Source of the DNA: Candidatus Latescibacterota bacterium
GTDB taxonomy: Bacteria > Latescibacterota > UBA2968 > GCA-2709665
Assembly: GCA_965205485.1 (NCBI GenBank)
Contig: OZ242180.1
Location: forward strand, 2,496,001-2,560,000
Direction: 5' to 3'
DNA: 64,000 bases
A program made the position numbers and the translations under genes. This document shows positions 31,900 to 42,588 of this stretch, piece by piece (position 1 is the first letter of the stretch; the number at the start of each line of letters is the position of its first letter). Under the pieces are notes generated by a model. The model was given only the letters and a program-made list of their open reading frames with translations, was not told the origin of the DNA and did no database searches.

Positions 31900-34800
31900 T
31901 TACGCAGGCGTTTCAATACCTGGTCGATCCGCCCTCCGCCGGGCCTTTTTTCGCTCCCGTTTGATATCGTCCAGGGCCGCCATGAAGCACGGGATGACAA
32001 ATAACGTCAGGATTGTCGAAACCAGCAATCCGAAAAGGATGACGTTCGCCAGAGGCGACCAGAGGGCCGACTTCCCTCCGATGCCGATCGCCATGGGCAG
32101 CAGGCCCGATATTGTCGTGACCGACGTCAGGATGATCGGTCGCAGCCTCAGTCGTCCCGCGTTGACGATGCTCCGCCAGATGTTCGTCACGGAGCCGTCC
32201 TTTCTGCGCCGCCTGTTGATGAATGCGACCATGACAATGGCGTCGTTTACAACAATACCCGCCAGCCCGACAAACCCGAACATCGCGGTCAGACTGAACG
32301 GATTCCCCGAAATCAGCAGGCCGAGCAGCGCGCCGATGATCGCGAACGGCACGGCAGTCAGGATGACCAGTGGCTGCGCGTACGAGTTGAACTGCGACCC
32401 GAGAATCACAAACATCAGGATCACGCTGATGACGAAAAGAGCCGCGATATCTTCGAACGCTTCCATGAAATCCGTGAACTCGCCTCCGATCACGAAGCTC
32501 ACGTCGGAATAGTGCGCCTCGATCGACGGAAAGATCTCCAGCATTCTGGCGTTGATCCGCTCCAGTGACGTCTCGGATTCATCGACTTCCCCGGTGACGA
32601 AAATGGTCCGCTTCTGGTCGAAGCGCTGAATCTGCGTCCGGCCCGGACCGATCGAGAACGAGACCATGTCCCGCAGCGCCACCGTCCCGCCGCTCGAGTT
32701 CGTTACCTGCACGTTCAGCACGTCTTCTACGGCCGACCGTTCCTTCCGGTCGTACTGCACGATGACGCCCACCTCTTCGTCTCCGTCCCTGAATTTCGTC
32801 GCCTCGACGCCGTCGAACGCGTATCGGACGTTCAAAGCGACCTCCCGCGCCGAGAACCCGTACAGGGCCGCGCGCACTTCGTCCACTTCGATCCGGATCG
32901 CGTCCTTGCCCGGCGGGAAATCGTCGGTCACCTCGAGCGTGCCCGGGATCCGGCGCAGCGAGTCCTGAAGCGCAAGCGCCGCTTCCTTCATCCGATCGAG
33001 ATAGCGGCCCTGGACCTTCACCGAGATGGGTTTGCCCTCAGGGGGGCCGCCGGTGAATTTTTCGAAGACGACGGACGCGGGCCCGGCGATGTGCTCCGTG
33101 CGCTCCCGGAGCACGGCGATCAGGTCGTCCGACACGCTTGCGCGCTCTTCCCTGGGCTTCAGCTGTACGATGACCTGGGATACGCTCTTTCGGGTCACCC
33201 ACTCGGTGTTGCTCTGCAGCAGGCCGACGTTGGTGACCACGCCCGCGACGTCCTCATCGGAAAGCCGGAGCGCCTCGGCCTCATAGGCGCGGGTGACGCG
33301 GTCCGACTCCTCCAGGCTGGTTCCCTCAGGGAATTTGATAAGCACCTTGAACGCGTCGAATTCCTCGCCGGAATAGAAATCCACCCCGAGAAGCGGGATG
33401 AGCATCAAAGCGCCGGCCAGCACGGCGACAAGGCATCCGATGACCCAGTAGCGCCGCCGCAGCATGCGGACGAGCAGGCGACCGTAGATCCGGCGGAGCC
33501 TCCTGAAGAACGGCTGTTCGCCCCGCTTGTGGGCATTGGACCGCCGGGTCCATTCCGCATAGTGGGAGGGCAGAAGGACGAACGCCTCGAAAACGGATGC
33601 GGCCAGCGCCAGCGCGAAGGTCAGCGGGATGACGCGCATGAACTTGCCCATCACGTCCGGCAGAAGGATCAACGGAAGGAAAGCGGCAACGTTGGTGCCC
33701 ACCGAGCTGAGGATCGGCTTTGTCACTTCGTCCGTACCGAGGACCGCGGACTCGCTGGCGCTGCGGCCCCGCAGCCGGTACCGGTGACAGTTCTCGATCA
33801 CGATGATGGCGTCGTCCACGATGATGCCGAGCACCATCACCATGGCGAACAGCGTACTCCCGTTGATGGTGTACCCGGAAAAGCTCAGTAGAATGAAGGT
33901 AATGAAGAATGAGACGGGGATGCCGAGTGTCGCGAGGAAGGCGTTCCAGGACCCCAGGAAGAGCCACAGAACGAGTGATATGAGGATCATCCCGGTGATT
34001 GCGTTGTTCCGGAGCGCATCGATCACCCGGTTGATGTACACGGAATTGTCGTCCGTAAAGCTGAAGCTGATTCCGTCCGGTACCCGTCCCTCATAGCGGC
34101 TGACCGTTTCCTTGACCGCCATGATGACGTCGTTCGTATTGGCGTCGGTCGTCTTCGACAAAGAGAAGGTGATTGAAGGTTCGCCGTTCAAACGGGAAAG
34201 GACCCTGGGCTCTTCGCGGCGGTCGGTGACTCTCGCGACGTCACGGATTCTCACAGTCTCCCCGCCCGGCGCCGCCCGGATGATGGTCTCGCGAATCTCC
34301 TCCACGCTCCGGTATTCGGCCACGGACCGGATCGCGTATTCCTTCGCACGGTAGGTGAGGGTACCCCCGGGCACGTTCAGGTTCCTCGCCTGCAGCGCCC
34401 GGACCACGTTCAGGACCGACAGACCGCGGGCTGTCAGCCGGGTGGGGTCCACCTCGATCCAGATTTCTCGCTCGGGGAGTCCGGAAACCTGGCTCCTGGC
34501 GACACCCGATATATTCTTCAGGTCCTCTTCGAGATCCTCAGCGACAATCTGCGCGTTCTCTTCCGGAATCGTGTATGCCATGTTGACCGTGAGAATGGGC
34601 AGGAAATCGCCGCTGTCGAAGTCATCCACGTCCGGGTCCTCGGCCTCTTCCGGAAGGTCCACCCGGTCGATGCGCGCCTTGAGGTCCGTGTAGATCTCCC
34701 TGAATTCAGACTCCGACATGTCTTCGAACTTGACCAGGAACAGGGCAAGCCCTTCGGCCGCAGAGGACTGCAATTCATCCAGCTTGTCCAGATCGTGGAT

Positions 34801-35010
34801 CTCCGCTTCGACGGGTTCTACAATCAGGCTCTCCACCTCTTCAGGACTCGCGCCCGGGTACGGAATCGAGACAATCACCCAGTTGAAGTCAATCTGAGGG
34901 TTCAATTCCTGCGGCATGCTGACGAGACTGACGGCGCCAAAACAGAACAGTCCGACCATGACCAGGTTCACAAAAACCGGATTTCGGACCGAAAATTTCG
35001 CTATCGACAT
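31900..35010 (-). CDS. RND efflux permease (AcrB/AcrD/AcrF family)
   Basis: YPGASPEEVE, GIIVDDAIIVIEN, GIVVNDAIV, RLRPIILTS; 1036 aa. Confidence 0.95.
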   Translation of the reverse strand: MSIAKFSVRNPVFVNLVMVGLFCFGAVSLVSMPQELNPQIDFNWVIVSIPYPGASPEEVESLIVEPVEAEIHDLDKLDELQSSAAEGLALFLVKFEDMSESEFREIYTDLKARIDRVDLPEEAEDPDVDDFDSGDFLPILTVNMAYTIPEENAQIVAEDLEEDLKNISGVARSQVSGLPEREIWIEVDPTRLTARGLSVLNVVRALQARNLNVPGGTLTYRAKEYAIRSVAEYRSVEEIRETIIRAAPGGETVRIRDVARVTDRREEPRVLSRLNGEPSITFSLSKTTDANTNDVIMAVKETVSRYEGRVPDGISFSFTDDNSVYINRVIDALRNNAITGMILISLVLWLFLGSWNAFLATLGIPVSFFITFILLSFSGYTINGSTLFAMVMVLGIIVDDAIIVIENCHRYRLRGRSASESAVLGTDEVTKPILSSVGTNVAAFLPLILLPDVMGKFMRVIPLTFALALAASVFEAFVLLPSHYAEWTRRSNAHKRGEQPFFRRLRRIYGRLLVRMLRRRYWVIGCLVAVLAGALMLIPLLGVDFYSGEEFDAFKVLIKFPEGTSLEESDRVTRAYEAEALRLSDEDVAGVVTNVGLLQSNTEWVTRKSVSQVIVQLKPREERASVSDDLIAVLRERTEHIAGPASVVFEKFTGGPPEGKPISVKVQGRYLDRMKEAALALQDSLRRIPGTLEVTDDFPPGKDAIRIEVDEVRAALYGFSAREVALNVRYAFDGVEATKFRDGDEEVGVIVQYDRKERSAVEDVLNVQVTNSSGGTVALRDMVSFSIGPGRTQIQRFDQKRTIFVTGEVDESETSLERINARMLEIFPSIEAHYSDVSFVIGGEFTDFMEAFEDIAALFVISVILMFVILGSQFNSYAQPLVILTAVPFAIIGALLGLLISGNPFSLTAMFGFVGLAGIVVNDAIVMVAFINRRRRKDGSVTNIWRSIVNAGRLRLRPIILTSVTTISGLLPMAIGIGGKSALWSPLANVILFGLLVSTILTLFVIPCFMAALDDIKRERKKARRRADRPGIETPA

Positions 35011-35055
35011 ATCAGGAATGCCTCACGTATCAACACCTTCCGACGGCACTTATAC

Positions 35056-36165
35056 TCACCTCGCGGCGCGAACGGTCACATGCGTTGCGACGCCCAGGCG
35101 GTTCATGCCCTCCACGACGATTGAATCCCCCTCCTCGAGGCCCGCTTCCACGGCGACGTGGGCGCCGAAGGTTTCCCGCGTTTCCACCTCGGTGAGCCGC
35201 GCGATGCCGTCCCCTATCCGGTAGACGTACTCCTTGCCGTCCCTGGCGACCACCGCGTTGCCGGGTACGACGAACTGAAGACCTGAACCCCCCAGAATCA
35301 CCCGGCAACGGGCCGCCATTCCCGCGCGAATCGTCATGCCGGGCGTATTCGGCAGGTGGACTTCCACGGGAAACGCGCCTGTATCTTCCTCGGCCTGAGG
35401 GGAAACGTAACGGACGTGCCCATCGAAGGTCCGGCCTCCCAGCGCGTCGACGGTGATGCGTACTGACCCGCCCGGCGTTACGCGGCCGATGGCGGCCTGA
35501 GGGATGCCGAGGCTGATCTTCATCGTTGTCAGATCGACCACCCGGTACGCGGCTCTACCGACCGACATCATCGCGCCCAGTTCGACGTGCTTCCTGGATA
35601 CCCATCCGTCGATCGGGCTGGTCAGCCGCGTGTCTTCGAATTCTTTACGGGCGCGACTCAGCTCCGCCTGGTTCGATTTCAGTTCGGCTTCCGCGGATTT
35701 GACGGCAAACCGGGACGTCTCGAACGCCAGCCTGGAAATGTCCCCCGAGTCGAGGAGTTGACGGTCGCTCTCGAAATTCAGCCGCGCGATCTTCAGTTTG
35801 TTCCGGGCGGAGAGGACCTGCGCCTTCGCGTGTTCCAGCCGGCTTGCGGCCACGCGGTCGTCGATGAACGCGAGGGTATCGCCCGCCGCCACGCGATGAC
35901 CGACGCCAACCGGTACGCGGGTCAACCGGCCGCCGGCCTCCGCCACCACGTCCACCGCCCGGTGCGGCGCGATCACGCCGGTGACCTCAACGGCCTCTTC
36001 AACGTGTTCCTGCTGTACAACCCTGGCCCTGACCGGGACCGCCCGCACCGTATCCACACCGGGGTCGGCCGTTACGCCGGAATCGGCGTCCTCCTGCGGC
36101 GCGCACGAAATCACGCAGAAGCAAAGCGCGAGTCCTGCGCAGATGACTGCATCCCTGTATTTCAT
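35056..36165 (-). CDS. RND periplasmic adaptor (MFP) subunit
   Basis: Lipoprotein-like signal, lipoyl halves (GHRVAAGDTL; SPIDGWV), hairpin, GLEEGDSIVVEG. Confidence 0.93.
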   Translation of the reverse strand: MKYRDAVICAGLALCFCVISCAPQEDADSGVTADPGVDTVRAVPVRARVVQQEHVEEAVEVTGVIAPHRAVDVVAEAGGRLTRVPVGVGHRVAAGDTLAFIDDRVAASRLEHAKAQVLSARNKLKIARLNFESDRQLLDSGDISRLAFETSRFAVKSAEAELKSNQAELSRARKEFEDTRLTSPIDGWVSRKHVELGAMMSVGRAAYRVVDLTTMKISLGIPQAAIGRVTPGGSVRITVDALGGRTFDGHVRYVSPQAEEDTGAFPVEVHLPNTPGMTIRAGMAARCRVILGGSGLQFVVPGNAVVARDGKEYVYRIGDGIARLTEVETRETFGAHVAVEAGLEEGDSIVVEGMNRLGVATHVTVRAAR

Positions 36166-37574
36166 TCTGACTCCACGATTTCCTCGACCAGATCGTCGAG
36201 GCCGCCCATCAGGTAGCTCAGCTCGATCACCGCCGAGGTGAGGTCGAATTGTGTCGTAATCTCCAGCAATCTGGCGTTCTGCAGGTTCAGCTTCGCGTCG
36301 ATCACGTCCAGGTTCGATACCCGTCCCATTTCCTTTTCTCGGGAGACGATCCGGTAGTTGTTCTCGTTGAAGTCCAGGCTGGTCCTGATCAGCTCACGCT
36401 GGGTCTTCAGATTGACGATCCGGTTGACCGTCTCGCCGAGCGTCTGCCGCGTTTCGTCGACCAGGTCGGAGAAGCGTGTGTCCTGGGCGCGGTAGCTGTA
36501 TTGCGCGGACTTCAGCCGCGACAGATTGCGGAACCCTGTGAACAGCGGCACCGACAGATTGAGCATGACCGTCGAGGGTCTGTATTCGTCCAGCGCCGGC
36601 GTATCGTTTCTCCGCCAGGCCGTGGAATAGCTGAGAGATACGTCGGGAAGATAGCTCGAATACTGCCCGCGGTACACAAGGCGGCTGCGTTCGCGGTCCT
36701 GTTCGGCGGCCGCAAGCATGGCGTTTCCGTCCACCAGCGTGCGGCTGTCGACGCCCGCAAGCTTCCGGATTTCCGCTTCAGACAGGCCCGCCACCCGCGT
36801 TACCTCTGCCTCGAGCCGGTCCGGGACCCGGTCTGCCAGCGCATCGGCGTGCAGCGTTCGGAGGTTGAGCAGCCTGCGCAGGCGGACTGTTGCATCGCGC
36901 AACGCGGACTCGCCCGCGGCCACGCTGCTCTTCTGTCCCTGGTGTTCCACCTGCCACCGCAGCAGGTCCAATTTCGAATATCTGCCCGCGCGGTGCATCC
37001 TCTGGGCCTTCTCGACGTTCAGCCCGGTGAGGACGAGGAACTCACGCTGCAATTCTAGCATCGCGCCGCGTTTCAACACTTCCAGGTACCCGGAAGTGAC
37101 CTGGAGCAGGATCCGGTCCCGTATGGCTTCCCGGGTCCGCTCGGCCGCGGCCTGTCCGGTGGTTGCAACGGAAAGGCCGTTGATCAGCTCCGCGTCGAAG
37201 ATCGGAATATGCGCCTGGAACGACGAGTAGTAGGAGGTGCGGAACGCCACTCGCGGTACCGGGATTTCGGGAGGGAAATACCGGGAGAAGTCCCGCTCCG
37301 CCAGGGTCTGTTCGTCAATCCGCGTCACCTCCGTGTTGAAGCTGACCCGCGGCGCGAACTGCGACCATGCGTTCCGGCGGTCCCAGTTCGCCTTCTCCGC
37401 CGCGAACCCGGCGGCCTGCAGTTCGCGGTTGCTGGAGAGGGCCTGCCTCAGACACGCCTCCAGGGTCAACCGGGACCCGTCCGCGGCACTCGCTTCGCAG
37501 GGTACGGCAGAGAGACACAGTAAAGAGCCAATTAAGATTAGCGCTTGCCGACGGAGGTCTGATACATATCTCAT
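36162..37574 (-). CDS. TolC family outer-membrane channel
   Basis: LTLEACLRQAL..N, LSVPLFTG, G..SNLDVIDA; ATGA overlap with the MFP gene. Confidence 0.92.
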   Translation of the reverse strand: MRYVSDLRRQALILIGSLLCLSAVPCEASAADGSRLTLEACLRQALSSNRELQAAGFAAEKANWDRRNAWSQFAPRVSFNTEVTRIDEQTLAERDFSRYFPPEIPVPRVAFRTSYYSSFQAHIPIFDAELINGLSVATTGQAAAERTREAIRDRILLQVTSGYLEVLKRGAMLELQREFLVLTGLNVEKAQRMHRAGRYSKLDLLRWQVEHQGQKSSVAAGESALRDATVRLRRLLNLRTLHADALADRVPDRLEAEVTRVAGLSEAEIRKLAGVDSRTLVDGNAMLAAAEQDRERSRLVYRGQYSSYLPDVSLSYSTAWRRNDTPALDEYRPSTVMLNLSVPLFTGFRNLSRLKSAQYSYRAQDTRFSDLVDETRQTLGETVNRIVNLKTQRELIRTSLDFNENNYRIVSREKEMGRVSNLDVIDAKLNLQNARLLEITTQFDLTSAVIELSYLMGGLDDLVEEIVESE

Positions 37575-37782
37575 GTAGAGGACTCCTATTGCGGTCTAGA
37601 GTTATTCATCCGCAATACGATCGGTGGAAATGAATGCGCAAGCCAGTATCTCGATCCAATCACCCCCCCTTGAGGGGGAGTCGCAGAAGCCGAGCCGTTC
37701 CCTGAGCTTGTCGAAGGGCCCGGCGACAGCTGATGCGGTGGGGGGTGTCAATGCCTTACCGAATGCAGCCAGCGTACAGCCG

Positions 37783-37998
37783 TCAGCCCATCTTGTACGC
37801 GCGTACAGGCAACGCCTTCGTCTCAAGTGTCGAAAGATCGAGGCGCCGGGAAGCCGCGTCGATATCGAAGCCTACGACGTCCCCGTTGGCGTCGAGATCG
37901 ACGTTCAACCCGTTCGCGACTTCTCGCGTCTCCGTGCCCGGACCTGATTTAAACTCGACATACAGGCTATCGGTTTCGGGATAATAGTGGAGCTTCAT
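37783..37998 (-). CDS. DUF2283 family small protein (putative antitoxin)
   Basis: MKLHYYPETDSLYVEF...LNVDLDANGDVVGFDI; flanked by family C repeats. Confidence 0.85.
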   Translation of the reverse strand: MKLHYYPETDSLYVEFKSGPGTETREVANGLNVDLDANGDVVGFDIDAASRRLDLSTLETKALPVRAYKMG

Positions 37999-38106
37999 GG
38001 CGGTTTATTTCGAAAGGGGTCCTATACAACTTTTCACCATGGTGCGGTTTCGCTTAGTTCAAGCACGACCAAATAGATGAGAATAACGCTCGGGCCAGCA
38101 TTACAG

Positions 38107-38440
38107 TCCAATTACTCCCCCCTTGAGGAGGAGTCGCAGAAGCCAAGCCGGTCCCTGAGCCGTTGTCCTGAGCTTGTCGAAGGGTTGTCGAAGGGCCCGG
38201 CGAAGGGTCGAAGGGCATTTGGATAGCGGGCATTTCGACAAGCTCAATGACCACGCGTTATTTGGTTTTTTGGACGTTATAAAACCGGTGTTGGGAGACC
38301 CATTACCTGCCCAGCGCCGGTCCCTGAGCCTGCTTGCATTGAGCCTGTCGAAATGCCAAAGGTGCTGCCCTGAGCCTGCGGTCCCTGAGCTTGTCGAAGG
38401 GCCGTAGGGTCCCGGCGACGGCTGATGCGGTGGGGGGTGT
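38107..38440 (+). repeat. Nested family C/B repeat mosaic
   Basis: Family C ends enclose several CTGAGC(T/C)TGTCGAA units. Confidence 0.8.
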
Positions 38441-38459
38441 CAATACCGTCTTCCAGTGT

Positions 38460-38528
38460 GCGTCCATATGTCGGTTTCATAGGCGTCCAATTGTCGATTA
38501 ACTGTGCGTCCATTTGTTGGCTTTATGT
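38460..38528. repeat. Three tandem 23-bp repeats (core GCGTCCAwwTGyyG) downstream of the AAA_14 gene
   Basis: Units start at 38460, 38483 and 38506. Confidence 0.9.
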
Positions 38529-38541
38529 GCTTGGCCAGTCC

Positions 38542-39789
38542 CTACCGCTCCCACAATTCGCTCAATGGCACCGCGAGCATGCGCCTGTCGGCAAGCGGAA
38601 GACAATCGCGCCCGGCGTAGAGCAGCACGCCGGATACAAAATCCCCGCCGCAGCGGTCCGCGAGCCGAACAAGCCCCTTGCCGTCTCCGGGGGCGAGCGT
38701 ACGGGCGGCTTTGACTTCGATGCCCCATGTCTTCTGACCCCGGGTGATGACCAAATCGACTTCCACCCGATCCTTGTCTCTATAATGCCAGAAACGCAAA
38801 TCCGGTTCCGTCCATGTGGCCTGGGCAATGAGTTGCTGCACCACAAAGGACGCCAACAGATGTCCCATGCGGTCCCTCCTGCCGAGCCAGTCGTACGCGG
38901 TCAGGTCGGCGAGGGTTGCAGCCAGCCCGGTATCGACGAGATGGACCTTGGGCGATCTGATGAGCCGTTTGGCCGGGTTCCGATGCCACGAGGGCAGGCG
39001 TCGCACCAAAAAGAGCCGCTCAAGCACGGCAATGTAGTGATCCACCGTCGACCGGTGCAGCCCGAGGGTATCGGCCAGATTGCTGGCGTTCAATAGTCCG
39101 GCGCTGCGAAGGGCCAACAGCTCCAACAGGCGGCCCAGTTCGTGCGCATCTCTTACCCGCGCCACGTCCCGTACGTCCCGATCGATAATGCTGCGCAGAT
39201 ACTGCCTGTACCATTGCCGGGAGCGCACGGGCGTTCGCGTCAGCGGCTCGGGGTATCCGCCGGCGACCAGTCGGTCCGGCAGTGTCGGCCCTTCGGACGC
39301 CGACTCAGGCCGGATGCCCGGCTTGATCGCGCCGTTGAGCAGGTCGCTGAGGAAGTGGCCTGGCGCGTGCGCTTTTTCGGATTCCGTCAATGGATGCAGC
39401 TGAGCGATTTCCATCCGTCCGGCAAGGGATTCAGTTACGGTGGGCACCATCAACAGATTGGCCGAGCCGGTCAGCACGAAACGACCGGGACGGCGGTCCT
39501 GGTCCACGACGTTTTTGATGGCGGGGAGCAGCGCCGGCGCCCGTTGCACTTCGTCAAGCGTCACCGCATCCGGCAGGCTGGCGACGAAACCCGCCGGATC
39601 CGCCAGGGCGGTCTGATGGTAGTTGTGCTCGTCCAGGCTGACGTATGCGCGGTCGGGCGCGAGTTGTCGCACAAGCGTCGTTTTCCCGCTTTGCCGCGGT
39701 CCGAGTACGCAGACAACCGGCGTGTCGGCCAGCGCCTCCCGGACGACGGGTTCCAGCGAGCGGGGTAACAGGGAACGACTGGCGTCCAT
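38542..39789 (-). CDS. AAA_14 ATPase + wHTH + DUF4143 (PD-(D/E)xK nuclease-like) protein
   Basis: GPRQSGKTT, LDEVQR, LTGS, ESLAGR, GGYPE, DTGL, EVDLV...IEVKA. Confidence 0.92.
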   Translation of the reverse strand: MDASRSLLPRSLEPVVREALADTPVVCVLGPRQSGKTTLVRQLAPDRAYVSLDEHNYHQTALADPAGFVASLPDAVTLDEVQRAPALLPAIKNVVDQDRRPGRFVLTGSANLLMVPTVTESLAGRMEIAQLHPLTESEKAHAPGHFLSDLLNGAIKPGIRPESASEGPTLPDRLVAGGYPEPLTRTPVRSRQWYRQYLRSIIDRDVRDVARVRDAHELGRLLELLALRSAGLLNASNLADTLGLHRSTVDHYIAVLERLFLVRRLPSWHRNPAKRLIRSPKVHLVDTGLAATLADLTAYDWLGRRDRMGHLLASFVVQQLIAQATWTEPDLRFWHYRDKDRVEVDLVITRGQKTWGIEVKAARTLAPGDGKGLVRLADRCGGDFVSGVLLYAGRDCLPLADRRMLAVPLSELWER

Positions 39790-39850
39790 TTGTCGGATTC
39801 GATAGCGTCCAATTGCCGGTTAAGAGAGCGTCCATTTGTCGAATAACTGC
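39782..39850. repeat. Three tandem 23-bp repeats overlapping the AAA_14 start codon, in the same orientation as the downstream set
   Basis: Units start at 39782, 39805 and 39828. Confidence 0.9.
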
Positions 39851-39985
39851 GAGGTGGAAATATACAGGAAAGGGACGCGAACGTCAAGAAAAGTGTCTGT
39901 CTACGTCGCAGCCGGCCGACCACGACGCGGCGTGCCGGCAAAACCTCGTTTACCGCAAGGGCGAAAGCAATCAGCGTTTTGCTAG

Positions 39986-41127
39986 TTACTGTTTCCCAGT
40001 CTCGCCCGCCAGTGTCGCGACCGCTTCAACCAGCGTATCCAGCTCCGAGTCGCTGGTGTAGAACGCCACCGAAATCCGCACACCGGAAGGTGCGTTGATG
40101 TTGGTCGCCCGTTGGGCGATTTGCCAGCGGTTCCGGAGCGCGTCAGAGACTTCGTTCCCATCCATGCCCTCGACAGAGAAAGCGACGATGCCGGTCCGGG
40201 TTTCGGCGCGGCGTGAGCCGTTGATCCGCACGCCGGGAATGGCGTCCAGGCGTTCGCGCAGCGATTCCGCCTTTCGTCCCGCCTCCGCGGCGATGGGCTG
40301 CGGCCCGCCGATGCCGGCCAAAAAATCGAGCCCCTCGCCGAGACCCAGGTAGAGCACGCTCGCCGGCGTTCCCATCTCGTACTGCCGGGCCGTACCATCG
40401 GGAGCGTGCGGTCGCCGCAGCGGCTTCAAAAATGGCTGCGCGCCTTTCCTCACATAGAGAAAGCCGGTACCCTTCGGCGAGAGCAACCACTTGTAGCCGT
40501 TGGTGGCGTAGAAGTCGCAGCCGATTTCATGCAGGTCCACCGGAAATTGCCCGAGGGCCTGGCAGCCATCCCAGAGCGTGAAAATGCCGCGGGCCCGCGC
40601 CAGCCCGCAGATCTCGCGGGCGGGCAACCGGGTCCCCCAATCCGTCGTGACATGGCTGAAACAGATCAGCCGGGTACGCGGGTGATCGTTTGCTCCACCC
40701 GGCGCAGAAAAAGGTCTTTATCCGGGTCGATTTCGACCACTTTGACGATCGCCCCTTCACGTTCCGCCAGACCCTGGGCGGCCTGAAGGGGTACCGGATG
40801 TTCCTCATTGGTTATGAGAACCTCGTCTCCCGGTTGCCACCGCAGCCCGCCGAGTACCATACCGTAACCTTCGCCGGTGCTCATCGTCAACGCGATTTCC
40901 CCTGCATCGGCTCCGAAGAAGGCGGCGATTTTGGCCGGCAATTCGTCCTCGGCCTCTCTCATTGCGGCGTACCAGTCGCTCGTACTGACGCTGCCGCTGC
41001 GCAACTGCTGATAGCCCTCGGCGACCGCCTTGTTCACACTGACCGGCGACAGACCGATTCCAGCGGTGTTAAGGTAAACGCCGTGCTTCAGGCCCGGTAT
41101 CTGGCCGCGAATCCACGCGATATCCAT
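39986..41127 (-). CDS. Aminotransferase class V (isopenicillin-N-epimerase/SufS-like), split by a 1-bp frameshift near 40680
   Basis: YLNTAG, EEHP, then (IT)PRTRLICFSHV, WDGCQ, NGYKWL; one extra C in ACCCGCGT restores a single frame. Confidence 0.85.
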
Positions 41128-41169
41128 GGGCTGTCCTTTCTTCCTGACTACCGTATCAAGCTCGCCGCC

Positions 41170-41608
41170 ATCTCCGATCGAAGGCAATCTGTCCTTGATC
41201 GCGACGTGATCCACCACGATCCGGAGCGAGGGCATCCTGCCCTCGAACTTCGCCTCACCCATCAATGTCCGCACCAGGGGATCGTTGCTTCCTTTGCATT
41301 CGAAATCATATCAGAAATGAATGCGCCAGGGCCTCGCGAATCAGCCGTCGAGGGCAGGATGCCCTCGCTCCCGGGAACGCCGATTGGCACAACTGCTCAA
41401 TTGTCAGTCTTCGAGGGAACTCCCTGGCGTGGCTTCGCTATATTCAACCGCAACCAAATAGATGGAAGTCAACGTGCGAGTCCGTTTAACGGTCCAATCA
41501 CTCCCCCCTTGAGGGGGAGTCGCAGGAGCCAAGCCGGTCCCTGAGCACGTGCCCTGAGCTTGTCGAAGGGTGTCGAAGGGCCCGGCGACGGCTGATGCGG
41601 TGGGGGGA
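41170..41608. repeat. Family A copy 3 (minus strand) followed by a family C copy
   Basis: GGAGCGAGGGCATCCTGCCCTCGAA ... TCGAGGGCAGGATGCCCTCGCTCCCGG, then CTCCCCCCTTGAGGGGGAGTCG. Confidence 0.85.
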
Positions 41609-41659
41609 ATACGTCATCATACCGTATGCATGTCGTAGTCAGGCCGAATGCCGGAACCT

Positions 41660-41898
41660 TCAGGCGACGGATTCATACTCGTAAACCAGGGTCTCAATCA
41701 TGCGAACGGGTCGGCATCGCTCCCACACCGCTCGCTGCAAACGCTCAACGGTCTCCGGTGAGAAGTGCTTCTCGTCCGTCTCCACGTTGACTCGCGCCGG
41801 GACGTTTTCAATCAGGAAGAGCTTGCCCATCCAACTCAATGTGGTAGGTCACCCTTTTCTTCGACCAGCATCTCGTTCCATGCGCTGTCTTCAGGCAT
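41660..41898 (-). pseudogene. YgiT-type (MqsA-like N-domain) small antitoxin, frameshifted; not captured as one ORF in the track
   Basis: Removing two extra G bases gives MPEDSAWNEMLVEEKVTYHIELDGKLFLIENVPARVNVETDEKHFSPETVERLQ...VYEYESVA. Confidence 0.7.
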
Positions 41899-42330
41899 CG
41901 TCCTCTCCCAACTCCGTCAGAAGCTGCCGTCCCCTGTCCGTCAGCCGGTATTTCTGCTTGCTGCTGGTCGGTTTGTCCGGTATGGTCATTTCCAGCCACC
42001 CGGAATCCATTAGCGGCTTGAGGTAGTTTGCCCGGAAAGTCTTCCGGTGCTTCAGTCCGAGGAACTCCATAATCTCATTTGCAAAGCGGGATCGCCTGCA
42101 ATGCCAGACAACCTGAGCGGTGACTCGTGCGGTGACTTGTGCGGTCAGGTCCTCCAGGGCGTCCGAAAGTATATGTAACATATTGTCCGGAAGGGTGTTA
42201 GAGTCTCCTTGCAGATTCCTGACAACTTGTGCGGTGACCTGGCGCCGACTTGGTGCCGATCTGGTGCCTTGACTCTTGCCCCACTCTTGCCTGACTCTTG
42301 CTTTGGCCCGGTGCGGGTTTCCAATTCTGA
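41891..42330 (-). pseudogene. Isolated C-terminal winged-helix module of Fic/RecG-C-type proteins, with TAQV repeats
   Basis: TAQVTARVTAQV...LGLKHRKTFRANYLKPLMDSGWLEMTIPDKPTSSKQKYRLT; homologous to 53214-53631; start uncertain. Confidence 0.65.
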
Positions 42331-42588
42331 GGTTGGTCTGTGGATAATTGTTGTCACCAACGAGTCTGACACTTCGATCCGTGGCGCCGCCACTCTGCCC
42401 TCGTGTCACGGGTCGCGAGATGTATCTGACGCCGATGCTGGAATTGAACGAGACCCCGAAAAGATCGCGTTTCGGAGTCTCAAATTAAGCAGTAGAAACC
42501 ATGTATGCGCGAAAGTTTGTTGAATGCCGAGTGGGAGACGCCAATACCGCGACTGGTATTAGATCAACCGTTGGCGACGGCCAGTGCA

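Noticed and set aside
38460..39850. Mini-CRISPR from the 23-bp repeats
   Set aside because: Units are directly tandem with no spacer-sized unique sequence between them.
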